The notes: generated by a model not told the origin, from the letters alone. A DNA stretch of 64,000 nt from an archaeon (GCA_035655435.1 DASRUN010000023.1:29437-93436); one strand, 5' to 3'; positions 28,774 through 39,458 are shown, counted from the stretch's first letter. Numbers and translations: made by a program.

Positions 28774-29181
28774 TTATTTTCGCCTTAGGTTTTTTGACAC
28801 TGGGAAGCCCCCTAATGCTTCGCTGTGTTTTTCTTTTGTGAACCTGGCTTTTCGCTCTAGAAATTCTGCAATTTTCGGTCGTTCCACACCTGTAATTTTT
28901 TTAAAACCCCTTCTTTCAAGGTCTTGGAGAATTGGGTCTCTTGCTTTTCCTGCAAGTTTATACAAAGCCCTATTTTCTAAAGCATGAATGCCCATCATTT
29001 CAGATATGCCTCCTTTGAAGGTTCTCCCATTTGCAGTTCCTGAGATTTGCCATGTAATCACATCATTGTAATAAATTTTGTATTCTAAAACTTCTCCGTT
29101 AGAAAGTTTAACGTTTTCGGCAGATATCTTCAACCCGTCTTTTTCGAATATTATTTCTTTATTTCCCTTTTGAGGCGGCAT
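28774..29181 (-). CDS. hypothetical protein (beta-rich N half, basic helical C half)
   Basis: ORF only; conserved position between rio1 and aIF-1A. Confidence 0.4.
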   Translation of the reverse strand: MPPQKGNKEIIFEKDGLKISAENVKLSNGEVLEYKIYYNDVITWQISGTANGRTFKGGISEMMGIHALENRALYKLAGKARDPILQDLERRGFKKITGVERPKIAEFLERKARFTKEKHSEALGGFPVSKNLRRK

Positions 29182-29211
29182 ACAAATCTTACAAATAGGT
29201 TATATATAAAT

Positions 29212-29532
29212 TTACACCGGTAATTTATCCAAATACCCTTTTCTTTTCAAATATTCAACCTGGAATCCTATGAAGCGCCATTTGATGTCCGCTTTTATTG
29301 GCTGGAAATCCCATAATTTGATTATAACAACATCTCTTTCGCGCATCCATGCGCGTTTTTTCATTTTTCCCGGAATTCTGCATGATCTTTCCTGTCCGTC
29401 TTCGCACAGAACTTTTATTTGGTCTCCGCCCATTATTTGTTTTACGACTCCGAACATTTCGAGTTCTTTCCTGTTCGGCAACCTGATTTTTCTTACCGCT
29501 TCCTGTTCGTTTGTTTCAACTTCTTTTGCCAA
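29212..29532 (-). CDS. eif1a: translation initiation factor 1A (aIF-1A)
   Basis: ELEMFGVVKQIMGGDQIKVLCEDGQERSCRIPGKMKKRAWMRERDVVII OB-fold signature. Confidence 0.85.
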   Translation of the reverse strand: MAKEVETNEQEAVRKIRLPNRKELEMFGVVKQIMGGDQIKVLCEDGQERSCRIPGKMKKRAWMRERDVVIIKLWDFQPIKADIKWRFIGFQVEYLKRKGYLDKLPV

Positions 29533-29534
29533 AT

Positions 29535-29834
29535 TTATAACCTCAATAGTATTGCGTGTTTTATGCCCTTGATCTTTATGACCTGTGAATCTTTTATTAA
29601 CCCCTCTTTGAGTGCAACTCCAACACTTTTTTCTCCGAACAAGTTTACGCTATCAGCCTCTTTCAAAAGTTCTTTCATTTCTTTTTCTGATGTTTTTTTT
29701 CCCTTGTAAAAATCCGCATCAATTGTAACGTCGTATTTCCCTTCTTTCAAATTTTTTCCGAGAATATTTTCATCGCAGCACGCGAGAACCTTTTGGTTTT
29801 GCATTTCATAAACTTTGCAAAAAATGTTTTCCAA
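29535..29834 (-). CDS. small conserved hypothetical protein (DUF424-like?)
   Basis: 99-aa ORF abutting aIF-1A. Confidence 0.35.
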   Translation of the reverse strand: MENIFCKVYEMQNQKVLACCDENILGKNLKEGKYDVTIDADFYKGKKTSEKEMKELLKEADSVNLFGEKSVGVALKEGLIKDSQVIKIKGIKHAILLRL

Positions 29835-29841
29835 TTAGTAT

Positions 29842-30249
29842 TCACCTGATTACCTTTACAGGCCTGAGCGCTCCGCATGCGGTGCATTTGAGCATTTTCA
29901 CGCCGTTCCTGTCTATTATTTCCGTGTCGGGTTTATTGCATTCCTGGCACATTACATATTCTTTCAAATAAGCGGTGAACAATTTGTCCATCATATCCGG
30001 ATAAAATTTTCCGTTGAGGATAAGCTTGTCCCCGTCGATTATTGCGGCGGTTGCGGTTTCTTTTGTTACAAATTTGTAAAAGTGCTTTTCATCCCTTTTC
30101 ACGCTTTTGAGGGCTTGTGTAAAATTTTTTATTATTGTTTTCTTTCCCTGTACATTGCTCTCTAATCTAGGCAATTCGAACCTTTCTTTGGAAACCGTTT
30201 TTTCCGGTAATGATCCATAAAGGCGCGCGAGCATTTTGTCGTATTCCAT
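29842..30249 (-). CDS. eif2b: translation initiation factor 2 beta subunit (aIF-2 beta)
   Basis: C-terminal C4 zinc ribbon CQECNKPDT...CTACGA and helical N-domain. Confidence 0.8.
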   Translation of the reverse strand: MEYDKMLARLYGSLPEKTVSKERFELPRLESNVQGKKTIIKNFTQALKSVKRDEKHFYKFVTKETATAAIIDGDKLILNGKFYPDMMDKLFTAYLKEYVMCQECNKPDTEIIDRNGVKMLKCTACGALRPVKVIR

Positions 30250-30342
30250 GAATCATTTGCGTTGTTAAAGCCTTTTAAATGAATTCCACCGCGTTTTGGA
30301 CTTAGCGTAATAATTAAATATGCTCGAAACCTTGAATTAGTT

Positions 30343-30750
30343 ATGGTCAGAAAACTGAAACAAATTAAACAGTCTCCAAGAGCGGATAATAAGCCACAGA
30401 GTTTTTTTTCCAGGCATTTATCGAGATTCAGCGGGATGCTCGGTAAAAAAGTTAGTCGGGAGAGCAGTATGGCTCACATCGAATCTTCCTATCATAAATT
30501 TATGGCTCTAATGGTGTCGGAGAATTATAATGCCGCCAAGCTTTTTGCCAGGGATTTTGGAAACTATGAGGGCAAGGTTCATCCGGATCATGCCCTGCTT
30601 CTGGAAAAATTTGAAAAAACTCATGGGTCTTTTGAGGATCTTAACACCAATCAATTGAAATCATTGGCTACGTTGATGGAAAAAATTCGGACAGAACATC
30701 ATACTAAACAATCCAAGATTCCTTCCGGCGCAAAACTAAGAACTGCCTAA
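30343..30750 (+). CDS. hypothetical protein
   Basis: ORF only. Confidence 0.35.
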   Translation: MVRKLKQIKQSPRADNKPQSFFSRHLSRFSGMLGKKVSRESSMAHIESSYHKFMALMVSENYNAAKLFARDFGNYEGKVHPDHALLLEKFEKTHGSFEDLNTNQLKSLATLMEKIRTEHHTKQSKIPSGAKLRTA

Positions 30751-30764
30751 TCCGGTTTTTATTT

Positions 30765-31349
30765 ATGAGTGAAGAGCATTCCAATTTTGATTTAGTCAGG
30801 AATGTGCTTCTCATTCTCGGTTTTTTTGTTGTTGCTTATTTTATTTCGCAGAATTATGAAGTTGTCCTTGCCCTTACCACAGGCTATGGTTTGGTTGGTT
30901 TGTTCATCGGCGCCTTGATTGCGAATGCAACAATTCTTTTTCCGCTTTTTGTTGAACCTATTTTGTTTGCGCTTGCTTCTTCACAGGCAAGTATTTATGA
31001 TGCGCTACTATTGGGGTTGATCATGGGGATTGGAGCAGGTTTTGGGGAAATGAGCGGTTATCTGATCGGTGTATTGGGTGTTTCTACAATAAAAAAACAG
31101 GGTTTGTATAAGGTTGATCAAATGGTTGATATTACAAAAAAATTGGAAAAATCAGGTATGATTTTCATTTACATCGGCGCAATAATTCCTTTTCCTTTCG
31201 ATCTGATCGGAGTTACTGCCGGTCTTTTGAAATATGATTTCAAAAAATTTTTTGTTGCGGCGGTTTTGGGGAAAACAACCAGGTATATTCTGATTGCAAT
31301 TGCGGGCTATTATAGTATTGGTTTGCTGAAAGCTTTTGTTGTGCATTAA
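30765..31349 (+). CDS. DedA/SNARE-associated-like membrane protein
   Basis: 4-5 TM helices, GVTAGLLKYDFKKF motif region. Confidence 0.5.
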   Translation: MSEEHSNFDLVRNVLLILGFFVVAYFISQNYEVVLALTTGYGLVGLFIGALIANATILFPLFVEPILFALASSQASIYDALLLGLIMGIGAGFGEMSGYLIGVLGVSTIKKQGLYKVDQMVDITKKLEKSGMIFIYIGAIIPFPFDLIGVTAGLLKYDFKKFFVAAVLGKTTRYILIAIAGYYSIGLLKAFVVH

Positions 31350-32176
31350 AATCCGGCTAATTTTGCCAAGCCAAAAGCAATGAGCATCAGAATTGTTTGC
31401 AATGGAAGTGCGGGCAACGCCCTTCCTGTTTTGAGCGATGCATAGTTCAGTGTTATAATTAATCCTGCAAGCGATGCAATCAGAATTGCAATGCTAGGTA
31501 TGAAATTGTAAGGTTCGGGGATTGTTTTGCTTGTCGCCCCGAGAACGCTTGCCGCAAATGCAAGTGGAATAACCATGTCTCCTGTTCCTAATTCAAATTG
31601 GTGTTCTTTTGTCGGAAGAGCATAAGTAAAGGAAAGATTTTTTTTCGTAACTCCTTTTGCTAATGTAACCATGTGTTTTGTTTTGAAAACCGCAATGTAA
31701 TCGTAAACCGAAAGGAGTACTATGAATAAAAGAACCGGGAAAATTCCAAGTGAAACTCCGATTAATGCTCCTGCTCCGGCAGCAGCTATTGTGCTTGAAA
31801 TATTTCTCAGCCAAATGTTTTTGCTGAAAATTATTCTCACTATAACCAATAGGGTTGCGATTCCGAGAATGATTTCATCTAGCACGCGTGTGGGGAGTAA
31901 TACTATTATTGTTGTTCCGAATATTGCCATGCTTTCAAATATTTTTAGTATGATTCCAAGCAGCCAGTCCGGGGCGAATTTTATTAATACGATCAAAACC
32001 GCGGAAGTGAAAATTATCCATATGATGAGCGCCACTCCGTTTTCGGCATCATCCGGGTTATCTGTTACAATTGTTGTTTTGATGTTTTCCTGAATTAAAA
32101 AATTTGCAGTCCAAAGGCCGATTGCCTGTGTAATAAGAAAAATGAAAATCAATTGTGCGATTAGTTGTTTGTTCAT
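31346..32176 (-). CDS. presenilin/signal-peptide-peptidase family intramembrane aspartyl protease (A22)
   Basis: YD (YDYIAVF), GxGD (LGTGDMVIPL) and PAL (RALPALPLQ) motifs in polytopic membrane protein. Confidence 0.75.
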   Translation of the reverse strand: MNKQLIAQLIFIFLITQAIGLWTANFLIQENIKTTIVTDNPDDAENGVALIIWIIFTSAVLIVLIKFAPDWLLGIILKIFESMAIFGTTIIVLLPTRVLDEIILGIATLLVIVRIIFSKNIWLRNISSTIAAAGAGALIGVSLGIFPVLLFIVLLSVYDYIAVFKTKHMVTLAKGVTKKNLSFTYALPTKEHQFELGTGDMVIPLAFAASVLGATSKTIPEPYNFIPSIAILIASLAGLIITLNYASLKTGRALPALPLQTILMLIAFGLAKLAGF

Positions 32177-32219
32177 GCTTCAGAATTAGTGGATGGATGT
32201 ATTTAACTGTTGTTTTTTT

Positions 32220-32882
32220 TCATTCAAAAAGCTTTCTTCCGATTCTAAGTACTGTAGCCCCTTCCTCTATTGCGATTTTGAAATCGTTGCTCATTCCCAT
32301 TGAAAGATGATGCAGACTCAGGTGCTCTTTTATTTCTCCAAGCGTTTGGAAGCACTCACGAATTCTTTGCGTATCCTCTGTAAGCGGTGCCATTGTCATC
32401 AATCCAATAAATTTCACATTTTCATAAGGCAAATTTTTCATTGTGGTTAGTAGCGCTTCAACTTCTTCGGGGTTCATTCCAAATTTTTGTTTTTCTCCGG
32501 AAGTGTTAACCTGCAAAAATATATTTTGCACTTTATTTATTTCCAGCGCGGCATAATGTATTTTTCTAAGTAGATCAAGCGAATCAACGGAGTGGATATA
32601 ATCCGCCATTTCAACAACGCTTTTCACTTTGTTGGTTTGTAAGTGTCCGATGAAATGGATATCCGCTTTCAGTTTTTTGAGTTCCGGAAATTTTTCCTCA
32701 AGTTCCTGCGCCTTGCTTTCCCCAATATCCTGTATTCCAAGCGAAACCGCTTCTTTTACTTCTTTCATGCTCCGTTGTTTTGTAACCGCAATCAAAGTGA
32801 TTTCTTCCGGTTTTCTGCGGGCTTTTTTGCATGCTTCGGCTATTTCTTTTTGCAACTGCATGTAATTTTGCTTTATTTTCAT
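32220..32882 (-). CDS. yggS: PLP homeostasis protein YggS/PLPBP (alanine racemase N-domain fold)
   Basis: LIAVTKQRS (PLP Lys), FIGHLQTNKVK motif. Confidence 0.85.
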   Translation of the reverse strand: MKIKQNYMQLQKEIAEACKKARRKPEEITLIAVTKQRSMKEVKEAVSLGIQDIGESKAQELEEKFPELKKLKADIHFIGHLQTNKVKSVVEMADYIHSVDSLDLLRKIHYAALEINKVQNIFLQVNTSGEKQKFGMNPEEVEALLTTMKNLPYENVKFIGLMTMAPLTEDTQRIRECFQTLGEIKEHLSLHHLSMGMSNDFKIAIEEGATVLRIGRKLFE

Positions 32883-32936
32883 AAATAATTAGTTTTGGAA
32901 AAGGCTTTTATCTGCGTCTTCTTGGTGTTTTTGGTT

Positions 32937-33173
32937 CTATGGCATTCTTTTTCTTGGCGGCAATCCCGGGCGTCTTGTGTGGCTTCCCGCTAAAATGTTT
33001 TCTCTTTTTACTAGCCCTTTTACCGCCAAGTCTTCTATCACAAGTCTAGCTCTTGCTTCTGTGGGAAATAGGTTGTGCTCTATAAGAAATTCAAGCACGC
33101 CATTTACTGTTCGTGGCGTTTCAAGAGAACGCGCTATTAGTTGTTTCAATTTTTCGTCCGCCATAATTAACAA
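32937..33173 (-). CDS. small winged-helix-like protein, hypothetical
   Basis: 78 aa; helix-rich N-half, basic tail. Confidence 0.35.
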   Translation of the reverse strand: MLIMADEKLKQLIARSLETPRTVNGVLEFLIEHNLFPTEARARLVIEDLAVKGLVKRENILAGSHTRRPGLPPRKRMP

Positions 33174-33195
33174 TAATTTTCAATCTATAAATTCT

Positions 33196-36100
33196 TTACG
33201 TCGGTTTCACAAACCCGTGTTTCGGATGATAAACATCTCCGGATTTTTGGAGTTTTGAAATCAGGTCTCTGACTTTGTCGACGTCCAAACCTTGCGTTTT
33301 CGCTTCCGCTATTACTTCTTCCATTGGAACCATGTCAAGTTCCTGCGCTTTCTCTTTTATTATCGCCAAAATTTTCTTTAAATTAGAGAGTTGTGTGTGC
33401 GTTTGCCCCGATGTTATAATGTCAATGTCTATTTTTCCGGTTTCAGGGTCCGTAACCATGTCCTCCAAAGAAGTTCTGACCAATCTTATTGCTCTTTCAA
33501 CATCCTGTATTGCAATGTCATTGCTCAATCTTACTCTTGCGCTTGCTTCCGATAATCTGATCAATCCTTCAAGCTGCCTGTGTGTTGCGGCATAAGCTCC
33601 TTCTTTTCTTCCTTGATCACGCAATTGTACGTAAAAATCAGAAATTTTTTGCATTCCTTCTGTTGTTAATATTGGGAAAATGTTTTGGCGTGCATAGGAA
33701 ATATATTTTTTCAATAAATCTCCGGTTATTTTTGGGGTGATGAGTTCCGTCATTTCTTCAAGTTCCATGTCTTTTTTTGCTATCCCTCTTTTTTTTCTTT
33801 GTAACATCATTTCTCCTGCTTTGTGGCTTTTCAAAATGTGCCCTGCTATTTCAATGTCCTTTGTTCTATCGAGAACATCTTTGATCATGAAAAATAAATC
33901 AAACCTGCTGATGAGTGTTGGGGGAAGGTTTATTTGTTCAATAAAAGGTTGATAAGGATCGAAGCGGGAATATTTTGGATTTGCCGCCGCCAACACGGAT
34001 GTTTCTGTTTTAAATTTTGTAACAATTCCCGCTTTTGCAACGCTGATCTGTTGCTGTTCAAGTGCTTCGTGCATTGCACTTCTATCTTCCGGATCCATTT
34101 TGTCGAATTCATCCACCATTGCCATTCCGCCGGAAGCAAGTACAAGCGCTCCTGCTTTGAGTGTCCATCCCCCTTCTCCAAATTCGTCTTTTACCGCGGT
34201 TGCCGAAATTCCTGCTCCTGTTGTGGTTTTTCCCGCAACGTAAATTGATTTTGGTGCAATTGCGTCTGTTGCCCTAAGGATTGCGGAGTTGTGTGATATT
34301 ATTCCGTTTGAAATGAAATTATGGAATTTATCAACCTCTATGTCGTAAATCCATTCTTCATTCGGAATTTTTTCTATCTTTTGTATCTTATCCCAAAAAA
34401 TGTCGGAAAATGCCTGTTTGTAAATATTCAATATGTTTTCCTGTGTTTTTAGATCATACGTGTTCAGCTCTTCAAGTTTTTCCAACAAATGGATTGCAAT
34501 TTTTTGGAGGGTTTCTCTGCTAGGGTTTCTGTCTCCTCGCTCAAAATGCTGGTACGTTGTTCTCGGAATTCCCATTTCGAATTGTGTGAGATTGAGGGAT
34601 TGCCTTGCTTCTTTGAGTTCTTCTGAAATATTCGGTATTACATCCACGTTCGTGTTTTCTTTTTTTTCATTCAAAACAAATGATCTTACCGCTTCCTGTT
34701 TTCTTTTTGTTACAAATCCTATTTCGTTCGCAAATTTTTTGGCAAATTTCCCCGTTATTCTTATTCGCCTGTATTTTCTTCTTATTTTTTTTTCGGTATT
34801 TGAGGCGAAGTTGGTTACTTCCTTGTTTGAACTCACTATTCCGAATTCAAGAAGCATTTGTTGGATGGAGTTTGCCAATTTTGGGCTCGCGCTGGAAAAT
34901 TCAATGCATCGCATGTCGCTCCTGACATGCCCTTCTCCCTCAATGTATCCTTTTAGGAAATTTCTTTTTACATCAAGCGGACTTTTGAGTATTTTCTCAG
35001 GAACCGCTTTTTCGGAGGACTTTTCCAATAATGCGGGAGCATTTTTTTTCAATAAATCTCCGAGTTCCACGCCGCTGATTCTTATTTCAAATGAATCGCT
35101 TGTTTCAACTTTGTGCGGTTTTATTCCGAACATTTCCTTTGAAAGCTTTGTGAAATCTTCCAGAACTTCATCATCTGAATTTGTAAATCTTAACTCCATT
35201 GTCGAATCTGATTGCCTTGAGTAACCTTCCGCGCAATAATATCCCATTAACCTCGCGATTTCATCATTAATATATTTAGGAACGGCAATGTGAATTGCGT
35301 TTGTTTTTCCGCGTATAGGGGGTGTTAATTCCTGAAATTTTTGTTTTAATTCCAACTTTCTTGGAGTTGCAATGTAATCGTTTGTGTCAAGGTATTGTGT
35401 TTTTACTGCCTTTATTTTTCCGTGATAAGGGATGAAAAAAGGATGTGTGTGAGTGACTTTTATTTCTTTTCCGGATTTGGTTGTGATTTTGAACATTTCA
35501 ATAGGTTTTCTTTTGAATGCCCTTAGGATTTTTCCCTGAATTATTTTTCCGTTCCCATCCATTATTGGTATGTTTCCTTTCGCATCGGAATAAACGCCAT
35601 CGTCAAGTTTTGAGTTCGGATTTTGTTTTAGGAATTTTTCCACAAGATCCTCCGCCTTTACGGTTGTTCCATCATCCGTTAGTATTTGCGTGCTTCCGGA
35701 AACGCACTTTGCCATTCCCGGATCTCCAACTAATAGAACATGAATGTTTCCCCTGATCATTTGATCATTCGGAAGCGTTTTTCTTACTCCGCCAAATAAT
35801 TGGAGTGCGATTGATTCCTTTACTATTTCATGCCCGTAAATGTGGGGCGCGATGCTTTGAATTAAAAGATCATAAACTTCGTCGCGCGCGGCAAGTTTTT
35901 TTATTTCCTCTTCCTCGTCTTTTGAGATTTCAACTTCCTCAAATTCTTTTGCGGTTTCATCCAAATGCACGGCTTCCAAATAGCGTCCGTAAACTATTTT
36001 TTTTTCTTTTGGCGGCACCAATCGCAAAATTCCGGTAATTCTTGTTCTATCTCCGGGCGCAACTTTATTCACCAAATCATCGCTCACATAAATGTCAAGG

Positions 36101-36711
36101 TTTGTTGCCTGTTCGCTTCCTTTCAAAAGTTCCAATGGTTCCTGTATTTGTATTTTTTGATAGTCAACAAATTCCGAGCTTTCTTCTTCCAAATTAAATG
36201 TTCGGTTTTTGCATTCCGCGCACATTGACGGTGTTCGCGGCTGGTTTTTTGTTTGCGGAACTTTGTATGATGCGTCGCATTTTGCGCAAATCCAGTTTGC
36301 AAATTTTAGTTTTGGGAGAACTTCCGTAACCTGTCTTATTAATCCTTCAACTGAAATGAGTTTGTTGATGTGCGAGGAGCTTATATCTCGCAAAATAGGT
36401 TGTCTTTCTTCGGGCAAATTAAAAATTCTGATGTACGGACTGAACTCATCAACTTCGAGAATTGGAACTTCTACATTTTTGATTGCCTGCGCTGCCGCGG
36501 CCATGCAAATATCGGGATTTTCCAGTATTTCATCCGCCAAATCAACATCATAGTGTTCTATTTCTTTGAAATCGACAAAAAGGCTTTTTTTTGCGGGATA
36601 ATCATTCACAAGCTTTTCAATTTCTTTGATGAAGCGGTCTTTGAAAAACGCCTCAAATTTTTCCACAAAAGGGTTATCTTCCCTTGATCCAAGCGCTTCC
36701 TGTGTGTACAT
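33196..36711 (-). CDS. mcm: MCM replicative helicase interrupted by an intein in the Walker A loop
   Basis: C4 zinc finger CAKC...CAECKN, LVGDPGMAK|intein|SAILRA...GKTTTGAGISA, arginine finger SRFDL; mature about 698 aa. Confidence 0.9.
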   Translation of the reverse strand: MYTQEALGSREDNPFVEKFEAFFKDRFIKEIEKLVNDYPAKKSLFVDFKEIEHYDVDLADEILENPDICMAAAAQAIKNVEVPILEVDEFSPYIRIFNLPEERQPILRDISSSHINKLISVEGLIRQVTEVLPKLKFANWICAKCDASYKVPQTKNQPRTPSMCAECKNRTFNLEEESSEFVDYQKIQIQEPLELLKGSEQATNLDIYVSDDLVNKVAPGDRTRITGILRLVPPKEKKIVYGRYLEAVHLDETAKEFEEVEISKDEEEEIKKLAARDEVYDLLIQSIAPHIYGHEIVKESIALQLFGGVRKTLPNDQMIRGNIHVLLVGDPGMAKCVSGSTQILTDDGTTVKAEDLVEKFLKQNPNSKLDDGVYSDAKGNIPIMDGNGKIIQGKILRAFKRKPIEMFKITTKSGKEIKVTHTHPFFIPYHGKIKAVKTQYLDTNDYIATPRKLELKQKFQELTPPIRGKTNAIHIAVPKYINDEIARLMGYYCAEGYSRQSDSTMELRFTNSDDEVLEDFTKLSKEMFGIKPHKVETSDSFEIRISGVELGDLLKKNAPALLEKSSEKAVPEKILKSPLDVKRNFLKGYIEGEGHVRSDMRCIEFSSASPKLANSIQQMLLEFGIVSSNKEVTNFASNTEKKIRRKYRRIRITGKFAKKFANEIGFVTKRKQEAVRSFVLNEKKENTNVDVIPNISEELKEARQSLNLTQFEMGIPRTTYQHFERGDRNPSRETLQKIAIHLLEKLEELNTYDLKTQENILNIYKQAFSDIFWDKIQKIEKIPNEEWIYDIEVDKFHNFISNGIISHNSAILRATDAIAPKSIYVAGKTTTGAGISATAVKDEFGEGGWTLKAGALVLASGGMAMVDEFDKMDPEDRSAMHEALEQQQISVAKAGIVTKFKTETSVLAAANPKYSRFDPYQPFIEQINLPPTLISRFDLFFMIKDVLDRTKDIEIAGHILKSHKAGEMMLQRKKRGIAKKDMELEEMTELITPKITGDLLKKYISYARQNIFPILTTEGMQKISDFYVQLRDQGRKEGAYAATHRQLEGLIRLSEASARVRLSNDIAIQDVERAIRLVRTSLEDMVTDPETGKIDIDIITSGQTHTQLSNLKKILAIIKEKAQELDMVPMEEVIAEAKTQGLDVDKVRDLISKLQKSGDVYHPKHGFVKPT
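34288..35706 (-). mobile_element. intein (473 aa) with LAGLIDADG domain and an internal XRE-like HTH segment
   Basis: Starts Cys336 (CVSGSTQILTDDG), ends SHN + Ser; LMGYYCAEGYS and LKGYIEGEGHV blocks; LNLTQFEMGIPRTTYQHFERGDRNPSRETLQKIAIHL. Confidence 0.75.
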
Positions 36712-37280
36712 TCCGGTTCACTAAAAATTGGTGTTTTTTTGGTATTTAAACAGTCGTAGACCCCTCTATGCCGGTGCGCGGCGGATAGGTCCGCCGTCAG
36801 ACCTGTGCGACCTGCGGCCCCACAAGCTTCGCTTTGGCTTTTGCCCGACTGCCTTTTTGCGTACTGAGAATTTGCGTTTGGGAAATTACTTTCTTATTCA
36901 AATAAGGGTAAATAATTCTTAACCAGTTGGGTTACGGAATCGGAATTTCTATTCGCGGGTTTATTCGGAAACCGAATTTTTGTTATGTATTGTGTGCAGA
37001 TAGGCATCCACAAATTGTAAATATGTGTACGCCGTACATATAGTATATGAGCAACCGTAATATTGTCAAGTGGCAGAACAAGGGAATAATGCGCTTTTTC
37101 GGCGTCATGAAGGATTCAGATTGGAGTGCCAGGGAAAGAAGAATGGGTGCTTTCAGGAAATCTTTTGAGGAGAGGCTAAAGGCGATTGGTTACTGAAAAT
37201 TGTCTGCTAAATGGTTATTTTTTGAATTTCAGTTCTGTTTAAATAAAAATTCTGGTTTGTAATAATAGTTCCTTATCTTG

Positions 37281-37288
37281 GAGGTGAA
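37281..37288 (+). promoter_or_regulatory. Shine-Dalgarno-like GGAGGTGA 7 nt upstream of metG ATG
   Basis: Seen directly; same motif precedes a 19-codon ORF at 46800. Confidence 0.5.
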
Positions 37289-37294
37289 GCGGCT

Positions 37295-39452
37295 ATGAGC
37301 AAAAAGTTCTATATTACAACAGCGATTGATTATCCAAATTCTAAGCCCCATCTTCGGCCATGCTTACGAAAAAACCGTTGCTGATTGCATTGCGCGTTGG
37401 CATCGCCTGAAAGGCGAAGATGTTTTTTTTCTCACAGGAACAGATGAGCACGGAAAAAAAATCCAACAAGCGGCGGAAAAAAGTGGGAAGACACCCAAAG
37501 AGTTTGTTGATCAGCAAGTAATTGCATTCAAGAAGATGTGTGAAAAGTGGAATATTTCATATGACAATTTTATCAGGACAACCGATCCTAAGCACGAAAA
37601 AATATGTCAAAAATTGTTTCAAAAATCATTTGATAAAGGCGATATTTATCTTGGCAAGTATGAGGGTTTGTATTGTATTGGATGCGAAGCATACTACCTT
37701 GAAAAAGATCTGCAAAATGGTTTATGCCCAATACATAAAACAAAACCTGAAAAAATCAAGGAAGAATCCTATTTTTTCAAAATGAGTAAATATCAAAAAC
37801 AATGGCTGGATTTTATTGAAAAAAATCCGGAGTTCATTTATCCTGTAAGAAGGAGACAGGAAATTATCAACCGAGTGAAAGAAGGCATTAATGATTTGAG
37901 CGTGTCAAGGACAAGCTTTAGTTGGGGAATTCCTTTGCCGAATAATCCAAAACATGTGTTGTTCGTGTGGTACGACGCACTAATTAACTATCTCAGCGGA
38001 ATAGATTATCCTTCTAAAAAATTTGAAAAGTATTGGCCTGCGGATATTCATGTTGTGGGCAAAGACATTTTATGGTTTCACAGTTTCGTGTTTGTCACAA
38101 TGCTTTTCTCAATGGGAATTGAGCCGCCGAAAAAGGTTTTTGTTCACGGCTTCATCAACACTTCTTCCGGCGAAAAAATGTCAAAAAGCTTGGGAACTGT
38201 AATTGATCCTTTGGAAATTTCCGAAAAGTATGGTTTGGAAACTGTTAGATATTATTTATTGCGCGACGTTCCTATGGGAGAGGATGGAAATTTTTCCGAA
38301 GAAGCAATGGTTGAGCGTTATAACAAAGAACTTGCAAACGATCTTGGAAATCTTGTACAAAGAACCCTTTCTCTTGCCGAAAAAAAATTGAACAATAAAA
38401 TTCCTAACGCTAAAACCGATCCAGTGCTTCAAAAAGAATTGCATTTGAAAAAAATCGAAGACCACATGGAAAAGCTTGAGATTCATAGTGCTTTGAGCGA
38501 GATTTTTTCTTTTGTTGGCGCGTGCAACCGTTTTGTGAATGAGAAAGAACCTTGGAAGCAATCAGGAAAGGATTTGGAAACAACTTTGTATTCACTCCTT
38601 GATTCTATTAGAGTGATTTCAATTCTCCTTGCTCCGTTTTTGCCTGAAACAAGTGAAAGAATTTCAAAACAATTGAATGTAAAATTAGGAAATTTTTCCG
38701 ATGCAAAATTCAATCTCCTAAAAGTCGGAACCAAGTTAGGGATAAAGGAAATTTTGTTCGAAAAGCTTGAATTTAAGGAAGAAAAGAAATCCGCGCGTGA
38801 AATAAAAGTTTCCATAGATCCGAAATTATCAAAATTAGGTTTCAAATTGAGTTGTGCGATTATTGAAGGAGTTTCAGTAAAAAAAAAGCACGAGGGTTTG
38901 GAGCGGTTGAAAAAGGATTTTGTAAAAAGCGCTTCTTTGGATTCGAAGGAAACTTCCAAAGTCATTCAGGGTTATCTTGATTTGTATAAGGATACAAATG
39001 TTCCGCAGGAATATCATGCGGTACAGAACTTAATTGATTTGGCAAAGAAATCCGGGAACATTCCGCAAATAAACACGGTTGTTGATTCATATAATTTGGT
39101 TTCCCTCAAAAAGGGTTTGATTGTTGGGGCGCATGATATTGAAAAAATTTCCGGAAACATTAAAGTAAAATTCGCGGAGGGAAATGAATTGTATATTCCT
39201 CTCGGAAAAACAGATCCGATGAAAATAAAGAAAGGTGAATATGTTTTTGTTGATGATAAAGTTGTTTTGTGCCGTTTGGATGTGAAGCAAGGAGAACACA
39301 CTAAAGTTGATAATTCAACTAAGAATGTTTTTTTGTACGTTCAGGGGAACAAGAACACTCCGCAGAAATATGTTGATGATGCAATGAAAGAGATTTTGGA
39401 TTTGATTGAAAAGTATTGTAATGGAACGGGAAAAATAATTGTGGTAAATTAG
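37295..39452 (+). CDS. metG: methionyl-tRNA synthetase with C-terminal tRNA-binding domain; apparent +1 frameshift near 37355
   Basis: ATG 37295 gives MSKKFYITTAIDYPNSKPHL then frame breaks (cat ctt c ggc cat gct); +1 frame continues GHAYEKTVADCIARWHRL...KMSKS; frame 1 stops at TGA about 37380. Confidence 0.8.
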
Positions 39453-39458
39453 CCAAAA

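Noticed and set aside
37326-39452. metG starting at TTG 37326 as given by the ORF track
   Set aside because: The conserved N-terminus (MSKKFYITTAIDYPNSKPHL) and SD lie upstream in another frame; the true start is ATG 37295 with a frameshift.
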